A DNA stretch of 35,933 nucleotides from a virus (IMGVR_UViG_2684623171_000008), one strand, 5' to 3'. Positions 1 to 9,034 are shown, counted from the first letter of the stretch. Numbers and translations are program-made. The notes: a model not told the origin generated them from the sequence alone.

Positions 1-141
1 TTACTGCTTACACTGTAAGAACGCCGCAAACTCCGCTCCCCAGAAGCTCATCCGTATTTCGCACAGCGAACCGTGCAGCATCCAGATGATGAGGATTGCC
101 GTCACGCAGAACGTGATGGCCGTAAGCGATTTTTGCGACAT
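1..141 (-). CDS. Hok/Gef-family type I toxin-like small membrane protein (46 aa, MSQKSLTAITFCVTAILIIWMLHGSLCEIRMSFWGAEFAAFLQCKQ)
   Basis: Own translation of the minus strand (ATG 141..139, TAA 3..1); ORF too short for the supplied track. N-terminal hydrophobic helix plus SLCEIR and AAF motifs resemble Hok/HokA. Confidence 0.5.
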   Translation of the reverse strand: MSQKSLTAITFCVTAILIIWMLHGSLCEIRMSFWGAEFAAFLQCKQ

Positions 142-271
142 AGCACTTGCTCCTTTTCCGGAGAGGCGCTAACCTTTCACTTGTCAAGGTAATGCGGTTA
201 GGGCCTCGGTTAAACAGAAATGTTTTCCGGGGCCTTTCCACATCTGGCCTTCGGGTATTCCCTCCGACCAT
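8..271 (-). CDS. Possible Mok-like overlapping frame covering the Hok-like ORF
   Basis: Track ORF of 87 aa in an alternative frame that overlaps the whole hok-like ORF, as mok does in hok/sok loci. No independent support. Confidence 0.2.
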   Translation of the reverse strand: MVGGNTRRPDVERPRKTFLFNRGPNRITLTSERLAPLRKRSKCYVAKIAYGHHVLRDGNPHHLDAARFAVRNTDELLGSGVCGVLTV

Positions 272-331
272 CAGCCGAAAGGCACCCGCGCGTAATCTAT
301 CGCTTTTTTGTTACTCCGGCAATTCTGCCTG

Positions 332-592
332 TTAATTCTGAGGTAAAGGCAAACTCATCTGGTTGTTTCCCCTGTGCGAAGCTGGCAGCTCATTCCACGG
401 GATGCCCTCTGAAGAGTGAACGCCGGGAGCGTGTTTCGATGTGAATTTATGGAAAGCCTCCAGTGTTGAGAAGCATACGCCGCATTCCAGATTGTTACAC
501 TGGTAATATTTTTGCCGCACTGTGTTTGAATCATTTTCCGGACGACTGGTGCGGATACGGGCAGATGCGCCACAAAGCGGACAACGGAACAT
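332..592 (-). CDS. ogr: Ogr/Delta-family zinc-finger late-gene transcription activator
   Basis: Begins MFRCPLCG...YYQCNNLECG, the Cys4 pattern of P2 Ogr; AAGGGAGG RBS upstream; lies downstream of D as in P2. Confidence 0.8.
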   Translation of the reverse strand: MFRCPLCGASARIRTSRPENDSNTVRQKYYQCNNLECGVCFSTLEAFHKFTSKHAPGVHSSEGIPWNELPASHRGNNQMSLPLPQN

Positions 593-752
593 AGCGACCT
601 CCCTTAACGTGATGCTGCCGCTATTCTAAGTTGTACTGACTCAGACTCCAACCGTTAGTCCGCTTTGAATGGTAAATGGAATTGTTTTCTCTTCAGAATT
701 AACTATAAAAATGCATTGTATTCAATAAGTTACCATCTAATGATTTGTTATC

Positions 753-1358
753 TTATTTAGGTTCATCATAAATTTCGTTTCCATCTTCATCCCTATATCC
801 CTGTAGTCCTGTGAGGTAATCAACAAAATATCCATTCCCTAAATCGGCTTCATGTTCTACCTGATTACTTGTAAAGTACTTTTCGGAAGACATATTCAAA
901 TTATTTGGAAGATGTGTCGAAGGCTCTTCACACCATGATGGTAACTTTTCATCAGGCTTCTGATGTCGATTAAAATTGTTATACAAATCTTTAGGGCATT
1001 GATAGCGGCTTATTCCGTCAAATAAAAACTCGTGAGTTACACATGAGGGATAGTGATTATTGATAAATGATTCCACTAAACAGGCAACTTCTTCAGGGTG
1101 CACAGAAAAACACTCACTTTTACTGCCGGTGCTAAGGTGACGTATACGCTTAACACCAGGTTGAGACTCAAGATATACCAAAAGATTAGACTCAATCTCA
1201 TGAACATCACCGTCTATGATGTTATAAGCAGTGTAAATAAAGAACCCTGGGTTCTGGGATGAGACATGTCTATTCTGCAGACCGCGAGTTGTTTTTCCTA
1301 CTTTTGACCATTGGTGATCATTAATATTAGCACCAACATATATCCAGTTATTGCTCAT
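753..1358 (-). CDS. T5orf172/GIY-YIG-like domain protein (cargo gene between D and ogr)
   Basis: N-terminus WIYVGANIN...KVGKTTRGLQNR fits the IY-(N10)-KIGxT-R pattern of T5orf172/GIY-YIG domains; AT-rich gene with its own upstream promoter-like sequence; no P2 counterpart at this position. Confidence 0.55.
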   Translation of the reverse strand: MSNNWIYVGANINDHQWSKVGKTTRGLQNRHVSSQNPGFFIYTAYNIIDGDVHEIESNLLVYLESQPGVKRIRHLSTGSKSECFSVHPEEVACLVESFINNHYPSCVTHEFLFDGISRYQCPKDLYNNFNRHQKPDEKLPSWCEEPSTHLPNNLNMSSEKYFTSNQVEHEADLGNGYFVDYLTGLQGYRDEDGNEIYDEPK

Positions 1359-1394
1359 ACAGTTCTCTTATTATGGGGAAGAAATACCATGAAA

Positions 1395-1422
1395 ATTTTA
1401 TCGTTTATTGGGTTGTGTTCAA
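1395..1422 (-). promoter_or_regulatory. Putative sigma70 promoter for the cargo gene (TTGAAC-N16-TAAAAT on minus strand)
   Basis: Hexamers read on the minus strand, about 35-65 nt upstream of the ATG at 1358. Confidence 0.3.
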
Positions 1423-1510
1423 GAAATTAATGTAGAGTGAATTGTCTTAATGAGCTTAGTGTGCGCAATAAATATACTGACTTAGGTCTGAGTAAGGGCA
1501 TCTAAATTGC

Positions 1511-2620
1511 TCATTCTGTTTCCGCTATCCATTCCGGGATTTTGGCTTCAAGCTCAAGCTGCGTGGTAAAGCCGCTGTTATCAATGGTGTGCTCGGCTTT
1601 TGCAATAATCCAGTCCTGATTGTCGATGTCACTTTTGAAGCCTGTCACCGTGCCATGCATTTCAGGGTAGAGTTCTGCACGTCCACGCGCCAGCGTGATG
1701 GAGAATGATGCGGCTCCGCGTTGTAGTTGCTGCCACTTTGCCGCCGCTGCACGCCTTGCTGCCTGCTCGTTCTGGTAAGTCTTGCGTAACACAAACACAT
1801 TGCCTGCCGCACCTTCCATATAATCACCTTCACGGCTGCTGCTTTTCTCCTTTTTGGGTTTTGGCGGTTTGCGGCGTTTCACGCTGACTTTTTTCTTTTT
1901 CCCGTAATTAAGATCAAGCCAGTAAGCGCGTACCCCCGTATACGCTTCGCGGTCAGCAATGCGGAACTGATGGCGATCGCCGCTGCTGCGTGTGATGGCG
2001 AACGAGGGCAACGGCTGGCCCTGTGCATTCACGCCACCGCCGGGCATGATGAATAACAGATTACCGCTTTTTACCGTGGTGATTGCGCCCAGCATTTCCG
2101 CCATGCGTGTAAGGAAGGACATGTCGCTTTCTTCGGTCTGGTCGGCGTGGTCGATTTCAATATCCATCAGCATTTCGCTGATTTGCGGTTTCAGACCGTA
2201 CCGATGAGCGATGGCGGATACCACGCGCTCAACGGTCACATCATGCCAGGACACCTCACGTTTAACGTTAAATTCATCCCGAAAATCTGCGCTTCTGGCT
2301 GAAACAGTCAGCCTGTCGGGCGGTCCTTCATGAGCAATTTCATCAACAATGTAAGTGCCTTTTTCTGTCAGCGGTTCTCCTTTCCAGCCAATGAGAACCG
2401 TCAGGCGCGCGCCCCGTGGCGGTAGCTGCAACTGACCATCCGCATCATCCAGCGTGATGGCGATCTGGTCTGCCTCAAATCCCCGGTTGTCGGTCAGCGA
2501 CAGGCTCATCAGGCGCTCCGCCACGCCGGACAGCGTTTTACCCTCCGCGAGAATATCAAAATCCGGCATTTTTACGGGGTCTGTGCTCTGACTGAGCAAT
2601 TGCATGGTGGTGTCGGTCAT
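1511..2620 (-). CDS. D: Tail protein D (P2 gpD-like)
   Basis: Resembles P2 gpD from MTDTTMQLLSQ onward; start set at the internal ATG at 2620 preceded by GGGAGG, not the longer track ORF. Confidence 0.85.
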   Translation of the reverse strand: MTDTTMQLLSQSTDPVKMPDFDILAEGKTLSGVAERLMSLSLTDNRGFEADQIAITLDDADGQLQLPPRGARLTVLIGWKGEPLTEKGTYIVDEIAHEGPPDRLTVSARSADFRDEFNVKREVSWHDVTVERVVSAIAHRYGLKPQISEMLMDIEIDHADQTEESDMSFLTRMAEMLGAITTVKSGNLLFIMPGGGVNAQGQPLPSFAITRSSGDRHQFRIADREAYTGVRAYWLDLNYGKKKKVSVKRRKPPKPKKEKSSSREGDYMEGAAGNVFVLRKTYQNEQAARRAAAAKWQQLQRGAASFSITLARGRAELYPEMHGTVTGFKSDIDNQDWIIAKAEHTIDNSGFTTQLELEAKIPEWIAETE

Positions 2621-2777
2621 CTGTTCCCTCCCTGTGCGGCATGGTCGCATGTGCGTGCGGAGGGGGTTACTGCTTTTTGTTGTCGCCGTGGCGGGAGAAT
2701 GGCGCAGGGGTGAGATTACGCGCGTGGTGGGTGATGATTGTTGCCGAATCATTTAACGGATACAAGGGGGTGAAGCT

Positions 2778-3962
2778 ATGAGTGAAACTCGTTTTCATGG
2801 TGCCCGTGTTACGGAAAATACCGACCTGGTAACAGCGATTAACGATGTTGATTCCAGCGTTATCGGTATCGTGGCAACGGCGGATGATGCGGACGCGAAG
2901 CTGTTCCCGCTGAACAAGCCCACACTGCTGACCCGCGTCAATGACGTGCTGGGAAAATGCGGAACAACGGGGACGCTTTATCGTGCGCTTAAGGCCATCG
3001 CAGACCAGGTGAGCACAAAGGTGATCGTCGTTCGCGTGGCTGAACACAAAGAAGAAGACGGAAAGACGCAGGATCAACTGGTTATCGGTGGTTCTGAGGA
3101 TGACGGCAGCTATACGGGGATGTATGCGCTGCTTGTTGCAGAACAGGATGAAAGCATCGGATACCGTCCGCGTATTCTGGCCGCGCCGGAGCTGGACACG
3201 GAGGCGGTGACAAAATCCCTGTGCGTGATTGCGGGTAAGCTGCGCGCGTTTGTGTATGCCTCATGTCACGGCTGTAACACGATGGCTGAGGCGATTACCT
3301 ACCGCCAGAAATTCAACGAACGTGAGGTGATGCTCTTATGGCCGGACTTCATCGCCTACAACCCGAAAAGTGGCAAAAACGAAACGTTCCCCGCGCCTGC
3401 CTATGCGTGCGGCCTTCGTGCGTACATTGACCATGAGCAGGGCTGGCACAAATCGCTGTCCAACGTTCCGGTTAAAAATGTGCTGGGAATGTCCAGGCAT
3501 GTGTTCTGGTCGTTGCAGGCCGAAGACAGTGATGCCAACAGCCTCAACAACAAAGAAATCACGACCATTATTCGTCGCAACGGGTTCCGCTTCTGGGGCA
3601 ACCGCACACCGGAAACGAACGCCTACATCTTTGAGGTGTATACCCGAACCGCACAGGTGCTGGCTGATTCAATTGCGGAAGCGCAGTTTGAAACCATCGA
3701 CAGTCCACTGACGCCTGCGAACGTGAAGGATGTTATCAGTGCCATCAGGGCAAAACTGGATTCACTGGTTACTGCCGGGAAACTGATTGGCGCGTCGTGC
3801 TGGTATGACGTGGTGGATAACAGCACCACGGATTTACGTCAGGGGCGTGTGCGTATTCGCTACAAATATACGCCCGTTCCTCCGCTGGAAGATATGGAGC
3901 TTTACCAGACGTTTACTGATGAATACTTTGATCCCGCATTTGCGGTGTTGGGAGGTGTCTGA
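2778..3962 (+). CDS. FI: Contractile tail sheath protein FI
   Basis: 394 aa; conserved P2 FI stretches (FPLNKP, LRAF.YAS, GWHKSLSNV, RRNGFRFWGNRT, YTPVPPLE). Confidence 0.9.
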   Translation: MSETRFHGARVTENTDLVTAINDVDSSVIGIVATADDADAKLFPLNKPTLLTRVNDVLGKCGTTGTLYRALKAIADQVSTKVIVVRVAEHKEEDGKTQDQLVIGGSEDDGSYTGMYALLVAEQDESIGYRPRILAAPELDTEAVTKSLCVIAGKLRAFVYASCHGCNTMAEAITYRQKFNEREVMLLWPDFIAYNPKSGKNETFPAPAYACGLRAYIDHEQGWHKSLSNVPVKNVLGMSRHVFWSLQAEDSDANSLNNKEITTIIRRNGFRFWGNRTPETNAYIFEVYTRTAQVLADSIAEAQFETIDSPLTPANVKDVISAIRAKLDSLVTAGKLIGASCWYDVVDNSTTDLRQGRVRIRYKYTPVPPLEDMELYQTFTDEYFDPAFAVLGGV

Positions 3963-4474
3963 TGGCTGTACCAAAACATCTTCGCTTTTTTACGCTGTTT
4001 GTGAATGGTGAAAACGAAGTGGGTAAGGTGACGTCCGTCACTCCACCTAAACTGACGCGCAAAACTGAAAGCTATCGTGGCGGTGGCATGATGGGGGCGG
4101 TGAGTATCGACCTCGGTCTTGATGATTCTGCGCTTGATGCGAGTTTTGTCATGGGGGGCGCAGTTCGTGAGCTGTTCCTTAAATATGGCGGCACGATTGA
4201 CGGCACGTTGCTGCGTTTTGCGGGTGAATACTACACCGATGCAGAAAGTGATCTGTATGAAATCGAGATGCGCGGGCGTGTGACGGAAATTGATATGGGG
4301 GAAGCCAAACAGGGCGAAGCCACATCACACACTTACGCTGTCAAAAACACCTACTACAAGCTGAGCGTTAACGATCGTCCGCTGTGGGAAATCGACCTGC
4401 TGAACCACATCTACCGGAAGGACGGCAAGGACATCGTGCCTGATCGCATCCGTTCCGCGCTTGGGCTTGGCTGA
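3962..4474 (+). CDS. FII: Tail tube protein FII
   Basis: 170 aa; ATGA overlap with the FI stop; P2 FII-like. Confidence 0.9.
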   Translation: MAVPKHLRFFTLFVNGENEVGKVTSVTPPKLTRKTESYRGGGMMGAVSIDLGLDDSALDASFVMGGAVRELFLKYGGTIDGTLLRFAGEYYTDAESDLYEIEMRGRVTEIDMGEAKQGEATSHTYAVKNTYYKLSVNDRPLWEIDLLNHIYRKDGKDIVPDRIRSALGLG

Positions 4475-4528
4475 TAAGTAATATGCAGGCGGCGCAGTGC
4501 GCCGCCTCTGACTGAAAGGAGTTTCCTG

Positions 4529-4894
4529 ATGAAAGAGACGAAAAACATCGATACCGAAAACACGGTAGTTGCTGACACTGTGAAAGAAACCAGTGAGCGT
4601 GGCGTAAAACTTACCCAACCAATTGAGCGAGGCGGCGAAAAAATCACGTATGTGGAGATCACCGGGGCTATTGAGCAGGCTGGATCTCTGCGAGATTTGT
4701 CGCTGTCTGATGTGCTGAATCTGAAAGCGGAATCCATGTTTACGCTGCTGTCACGCGTGACATCACCGCGACTGGATGAAGTGACGATCAAAAAAATGGC
4801 ATCCCGTGACTTTATTCAGTTATGTGTGGTTGCCGTAAATTTTTTGAGCGGTGCGGACTCTGGCGGGAAGAACGAACAGGCGACGGAAGCCTGA
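4529..4894 (+). CDS. E: Tail assembly chaperone E
   Basis: 121 aa; AAGGAG RBS; sits between the tube and tape-measure genes and contains the slippery site. Confidence 0.8.
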   Translation: MKETKNIDTENTVVADTVKETSERGVKLTQPIERGGEKITYVEITGAIEQAGSLRDLSLSDVLNLKAESMFTLLSRVTSPRLDEVTIKKMASRDFIQLCVVAVNFLSGADSGGKNEQATEA

Positions 4895-5058
4895 TCACGG
4901 TTGTGTGCTTTGAGCACATAGAAGACTTTGTGGCAGATATTGCCGTTATTTTTAACTGGTCGCCCGCCGAAATCTTCATGATGACGCCCGGCGAAGTGGT
5001 TAGCTGGCGTGAGCGGGCGGCACTTCGCAGCGGGAATGCAGACAATGAAGACTCTTGA
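4529..5058 (+). CDS. E+E' frameshift fusion product (-1 shift at 4840-4846)
   Basis: E frame to the slippery site, then the -1 frame (track ORF 4822..5058) to TGA at 5056-5058. Confidence 0.65.
4840..4846 (+). other. Programmed -1 frameshift slippery heptamer T_TTT_TTG (E to E')
   Basis: Codons AAT TTT TTG in the E frame; the -1 frame stays open to 5058. This is the heptamer used by P2 E/E'. Confidence 0.7.
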
Positions 5059-7852
5059 TATCCGGGTCGCTTTCAGCGCCGTTGACAGGCTGACCCGACC
5101 TGCAGAAAACGCACGCCGCCTGATGGGGCAGTTTGGTGACTCCATCCAGCGAACGCAGGGGGCGATCAAAAATCTCGAGCGTCAGGCGCGTTCATTTGAG
5201 CGCGCCCGCGACGCTGTCAGTAAAGCGGATGCGGGTATCGTGAAAGCACGACGCCAGCTTAACGCCCTTAATCAGTTACAACGCACGGGTACAGTGCTCA
5301 GCGAAAAACAACAAAAGCTGATGCAGCAGTTAAGCACCCGGCTTGAACGCCTGAATGAATCGCGCACACGGGAAATTCAGAAAATGCGGGAGCTTGGCGG
5401 AGAGCTGAAACGCCACGGCATTTCCCTGACAGGCAGCGATAACACCATCCAGCAGGCCATCAGACGCACCGAACAGTACAACAACCAGCTTGAACGCGAA
5501 CGGCAGGCGCTTGCGCGTGTAACGCGGGCGCGTGAGCGGTATTCGCGCGCACAGGAAACAGCGGGAAAACTGAAAACAGGTGGTGCGCTGGCAATTGGTG
5601 CGGCAGCTGCGGGCGGCTATGCTGCCGGGCGTTTTTTGCAGCCTGCGATCGGGTTCGGGAAAGAGATGTCCCGCGTTCAGGCACTGACGCGAATCGACAA
5701 AAACAGCCCGCAGTTTAAGGCGCTGCGTGAGCAGGCGTTAAAACTTGGCTCTGAAACGCAGTTCACCGCAGGCGATGCCGCCAGTGGGCAGGCATTTCTT
5801 GCAATGGCTGGTTTTACTCCGCAGGCCATTCAGGCTGCGCTTCCCGGCGTGCTGAGCATGGCAACGGCTGGCGGTATGGATCTCGGCGAGACGGCGGATA
5901 TTGGCTCAAATATCCTGACGCAGTTCGGCCTTTCTGCTGACCAGATGGACCGGGTCGGTGACACACTTACCGCAGCGTTTACCCGTACCAACACTGACCT
6001 TCGCGCACTGGGTGAAACCATGAAATATGCAGGTCCGGTGGCGGGCAAGCTGGGAATATCGCTGGAGCAGGCCGCAGCGATGGCGGGCGTACTGGCGAAT
6101 ATGGGTATCAGGGGAAGTGATGCCGGGACGGCAATGCGTGCCAGCCTGGCTCGTCTGGCATCACCGCCAAAGGCGGCGGCAGAAGCTCTGAAAGAGCTGG
6201 GCGTGTCCGTCTCTGATGCGAACGGCAAAATGCGCCCGATGGAGGATTTGCTGGCCGACCTTTATAAAGCCACCCGCAAATACGGGGAAGTTGACCGGGT
6301 ATCGTTCTTTAAGGACATTGCCGGAGAAGAGGCTTTCACATCATTTATGGCCCTCGTTGATGCGGCAGGTGACGGCTCCTTACCTAAACTGAGAAAAGAA
6401 CTTGAAGGCGCGCGCGGTGAGGCTGAGCGCACGGCAAAGGTTATGGCCAACAACCTTGACGGCGATCTGAAATCACTCGGCAGTGCATGGGAAGGGTTGC
6501 GCATCCGCATTGCAGATCTGATTGACGGTCCGCTGCGTTCTGTCACGCAGTGGCTAACGCGGGTGGTCTCAAAGGTGACGGCACTGGCGCAGGCCCATCC
6601 TGTACTGACGCGCCAGCTACTGATTGCAGGCGGTGCGCTGCTGGCAGTGACTGCAACCGTAGGCTCGTTGTCGCTTGCTCTTGGTGTGCTTGCTGGCCCA
6701 CTGGCAAAACTGCGTCTTGGTTTTTCCCTCCTGACCGGATCAATGAATGCTGTCAGGCTCCTGCCAGCACTATGGGGAATGGTGACGGGTTCCGTTTCTT
6801 TGCTGGGGGGTGCTATCGGGGCGCTGTTCAGTCCGGTTGGTCTTATCGTGGCTGCGCTTGCCGGAGCTGCCGTTCTTATCTGGAAATACTGGGATCCCAT
6901 CAGGGCATTTTTTGCCGGGGTGTTCAGCGGGATTATGGAAAGGCTGGCCCCGTTGCGCGAAACCTTTGAACGGTTTGGTTCTGTTTTTGACGCAATCGGA
7001 AGCGGGATCAGCCAGGTGTTTAACTGGTTTAAATCGCTGCTGTCACCGATGGAGTCCAGCAAGGAAACGCTGGATAAATGTACCAGTGCTGGCGAGATAT
7101 TCGGTAACGTTCTTGGCGGTGCGTTACAACTTGTTCTGACGCCTGCAAAAATGCTACTGGATACGCTGGCGTGGATACTTGAAAAACTTGGCGTCCTTCC
7201 GGATGAAGCGGAAAGGGCGCGCAAGAAAATCGAAGACGCACAGCGTGCGGCCATTCTTCAGGACAAGGTTGCCTTGCTTCAGGGGGACCTGGCGAAAATC
7301 AATCCGCCGAAGCCTGTGGAAAATGGCAATGGCACCGGAGGTGATAAACCCAAAGACAACAAACCGCTCACAGACAGCAATACCGGTACGCTACGCAGAC
7401 TCAGCAAAATTGCTGATAACACAGGTAAGCTGGTTGATGAGACGAAAAAACGCATTGGCCCCGGCGATATTGTCTTTAAGAACCTGCCCCGCGCACTTGC
7501 TGTTCGTGGGGAGTGGCAGGAGCGGAAGATTGCGCAGGTCAGTAAGCCTGCTTCCGCAATCAACATCACACCCGTGGTCCCGACTCCTCTGCCTCCGGCG
7601 CTGGTCCCTGTTGTTGCGGCCAGCTCCCGCCCGGTGGCGGAGGCCATACGATCGCCAGTGGCATCAGTTCCTGCAACTTCCCGTAACCGGGAGCCTGTTG
7701 TCTCCGGATTTGGCGGTGAAATTCATGTTCATCTGCATAACGTTGTTACGCAGAATCCCCGCGAACTGGCGAAACTGGTCGGTGAAATGGTCAGGGCAGA
7801 ATTGGAACGACGCGACCGTGCCGGACGTGGCAGTTTTTACGATAAAGATTGA
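5036..7852 (+). CDS. T: Tail tape measure protein T
   Basis: About 940 aa; coiled-coil N-terminus, central hydrophobic/Gly-Ala-rich region; overlaps the E' end. Start uncertain (5009, 5036 or 5045). Confidence 0.85.
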   Translation: MQTMKTLDIRVAFSAVDRLTRPAENARRLMGQFGDSIQRTQGAIKNLERQARSFERARDAVSKADAGIVKARRQLNALNQLQRTGTVLSEKQQKLMQQLSTRLERLNESRTREIQKMRELGGELKRHGISLTGSDNTIQQAIRRTEQYNNQLERERQALARVTRARERYSRAQETAGKLKTGGALAIGAAAAGGYAAGRFLQPAIGFGKEMSRVQALTRIDKNSPQFKALREQALKLGSETQFTAGDAASGQAFLAMAGFTPQAIQAALPGVLSMATAGGMDLGETADIGSNILTQFGLSADQMDRVGDTLTAAFTRTNTDLRALGETMKYAGPVAGKLGISLEQAAAMAGVLANMGIRGSDAGTAMRASLARLASPPKAAAEALKELGVSVSDANGKMRPMEDLLADLYKATRKYGEVDRVSFFKDIAGEEAFTSFMALVDAAGDGSLPKLRKELEGARGEAERTAKVMANNLDGDLKSLGSAWEGLRIRIADLIDGPLRSVTQWLTRVVSKVTALAQAHPVLTRQLLIAGGALLAVTATVGSLSLALGVLAGPLAKLRLGFSLLTGSMNAVRLLPALWGMVTGSVSLLGGAIGALFSPVGLIVAALAGAAVLIWKYWDPIRAFFAGVFSGIMERLAPLRETFERFGSVFDAIGSGISQVFNWFKSLLSPMESSKETLDKCTSAGEIFGNVLGGALQLVLTPAKMLLDTLAWILEKLGVLPDEAERARKKIEDAQRAAILQDKVALLQGDLAKINPPKPVENGNGTGGDKPKDNKPLTDSNTGTLRRLSKIADNTGKLVDETKKRIGPGDIVFKNLPRALAVRGEWQERKIAQVSKPASAINITPVVPTPLPPALVPVVAASSRPVAEAIRSPVASVPATSRNREPVVSGFGGEIHVHLHNVVTQNPRELAKLVGEMVRAELERRDRAGRGSFYDKD

Positions 7853-7858
7853 GGAGTC

Positions 7859-8353
7859 ATGGCCATGATGATGATCTACGGCATGTTTGTTTTTGAGCTG
7901 CGCACATTGCCGCATCAGCAGTTACAGCAAAATAAAAGCTGGCGGCATGTGAAAAATGAACGCGTTAACCGTTCAGCAAGCTGGCAGTATATCGGGGCAG
8001 GCGATGATCGCATCGTGCTTTCTGGTGTGCTTTATCCTGAAATCACAGGTGGCGAAGTGTCGCTGTCGCTGCTGACCACGCAGGCGTATACAGGACGCCC
8101 CTGGCCTCTGATTGATGGCGTCGGACAGATTTACGGCATGTATGTACTGACTGAAACGAATACGACCCGCTCCGAGTTTGATCGCTACGGTAAGGCGAAA
8201 AAGATAGAATTTTCACTGACTCTTGAACGCTGTGATGAGGATTTGCGGGAGCGCCTGCAATCCTCATCGTTCAGTGATATGCTGTCCGGCTTCAAAGATA
8301 AGGTCACATCATCCCTTAACAGCGCGGCCAGCTCCGTTAAAGGGCTGTTTTGA
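7859..8353 (+). CDS. U: Tail protein U
   Basis: About 160 aa directly after T; P2 gpU-like. Start may be ATG 7865, which has better GAGGAG spacing. Confidence 0.8.
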   Translation: MAMMMIYGMFVFELRTLPHQQLQQNKSWRHVKNERVNRSASWQYIGAGDDRIVLSGVLYPEITGGEVSLSLLTTQAYTGRPWPLIDGVGQIYGMYVLTETNTTRSEFDRYGKAKKIEFSLTLERCDEDLRERLQSSSFSDMLSGFKDKVTSSLNSAASSVKGLF

Positions 8354-8360
8354 TTAACGC

Positions 8361-8390
8361 AAAACCGCTAATGGTCAGATTAGCGGTTTT
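8361..8390. terminator. Perfect 12-bp-stem hairpin between convergent U and invertase (bidirectional terminator-like)
   Basis: AAAACCGCTAAT-GGTCAG-ATTAGCGGTTTT; overlaps the invertase stop codon; T-rich flank on the plus strand. Confidence 0.5.
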
Positions 8391-8979
8391 CATTTTCCTG
8401 AATCTGCCTGATTGTTTCTTCAGCCTGTATATCGCCTACAGGGTGATAACGATAAATCGTCGATATGCCGATGTCGTAAATGATCGCCAGTTGTTTCCTG
8501 TCATGACCGTTTTTAATCAGCCTCGCTATTTGCTCGTGTTGTTCTTTTGTCAACTTCGGGCGACGTCCGCCAATGCGTCCTTGTGCGCGTGCTGCTGCCA
8601 GCCCGGCCAGTGTACGCTCTACAATTAATTCACGTTCCATTTCGGCTAAAGCTCCCATGACGTGAAAAAAGAAACGCCCCATGGGTGTTGATGTGTCAAT
8701 GCTGTCCGTCAGACTACGGAAATTAACACCTTTTTCCCGCAATTCCTCAATAAGCGTGATCAGGTGTTTCATACTTCTGCCCAGTCTGTCCAGCTTCCAG
8801 ACAACCAGCGTATCTCCTTCTGATAGCGTTCTGAGCAGTTTTTTCAATCCCGGTCTGGCTGATTTCGTTCCGCTGATTTTATCTTCAAAAATCAGTTCAC
8901 ATCCTGCGCACTCCAGCGCGTTACGCTGCAATTCTGTATTCTGGTCATTTGTTGATACGCGGACATAGCCAATAAGCAT
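8380..8979 (-). CDS. Serine-recombinase DNA invertase (Gin/Pin/Cin/Hin family)
   Basis: 199 aa; MLIGYVRVSTNDQNT...VVWKLDRLGRSMKHL...GRIGGRRPKLT, with catalytic Ser region and C-terminal HTH; GGGGA RBS. Confidence 0.9.
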   Translation of the reverse strand: MLIGYVRVSTNDQNTELQRNALECAGCELIFEDKISGTKSARPGLKKLLRTLSEGDTLVVWKLDRLGRSMKHLITLIEELREKGVNFRSLTDSIDTSTPMGRFFFHVMGALAEMERELIVERTLAGLAAARAQGRIGGRRPKLTKEQHEQIARLIKNGHDRKQLAIIYDIGISTIYRYHPVGDIQAEETIRQIQENENR

Positions 8980-9034
8980 GATGGATCCCCTGAATAAAAA
9001 CCGGGGATGATGCCAGTTAGCCGTAATCTCTGCA

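Noticed and set aside
147-444. Plus-strand ORFs of 62 and 74 aa at the left prophage end
   Set aside because: They overlap ogr and the hok-like leader antisense with no RBS; more likely the att or regulatory region.
2621-2752. N-terminal 44-codon extension of the D ORF in the track
   Set aside because: A GGGAGG RBS precedes the internal ATG at 2620, where similarity to gpD begins; the extension is Arg/Pro-rich and looks non-coding.
2621-2777. Ogr-dependent late promoter boxes (TGT-N12-ACA) in the D-FI divergent region and the O-P region
   Set aside because: I could not find a convincing match by eye, so no late promoter is annotated, although one is expected functionally.
6262-7254. 330-aa minus-strand ORF inside the tape-measure gene
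   Set aside because: Lies entirely antisense within T; the Ala/Ser/Pro-rich translation is typical of a spurious frame in GC-rich coding DNA, with no start context.
8354-8392. Possible extra invertase crossover site at the U/invertase boundary
   Set aside because: The palindrome is a perfect 12-bp hairpin with A/T-run arms (terminator-like) and lacks the TTCTCCCAAACC half-site shared by the two real sites.
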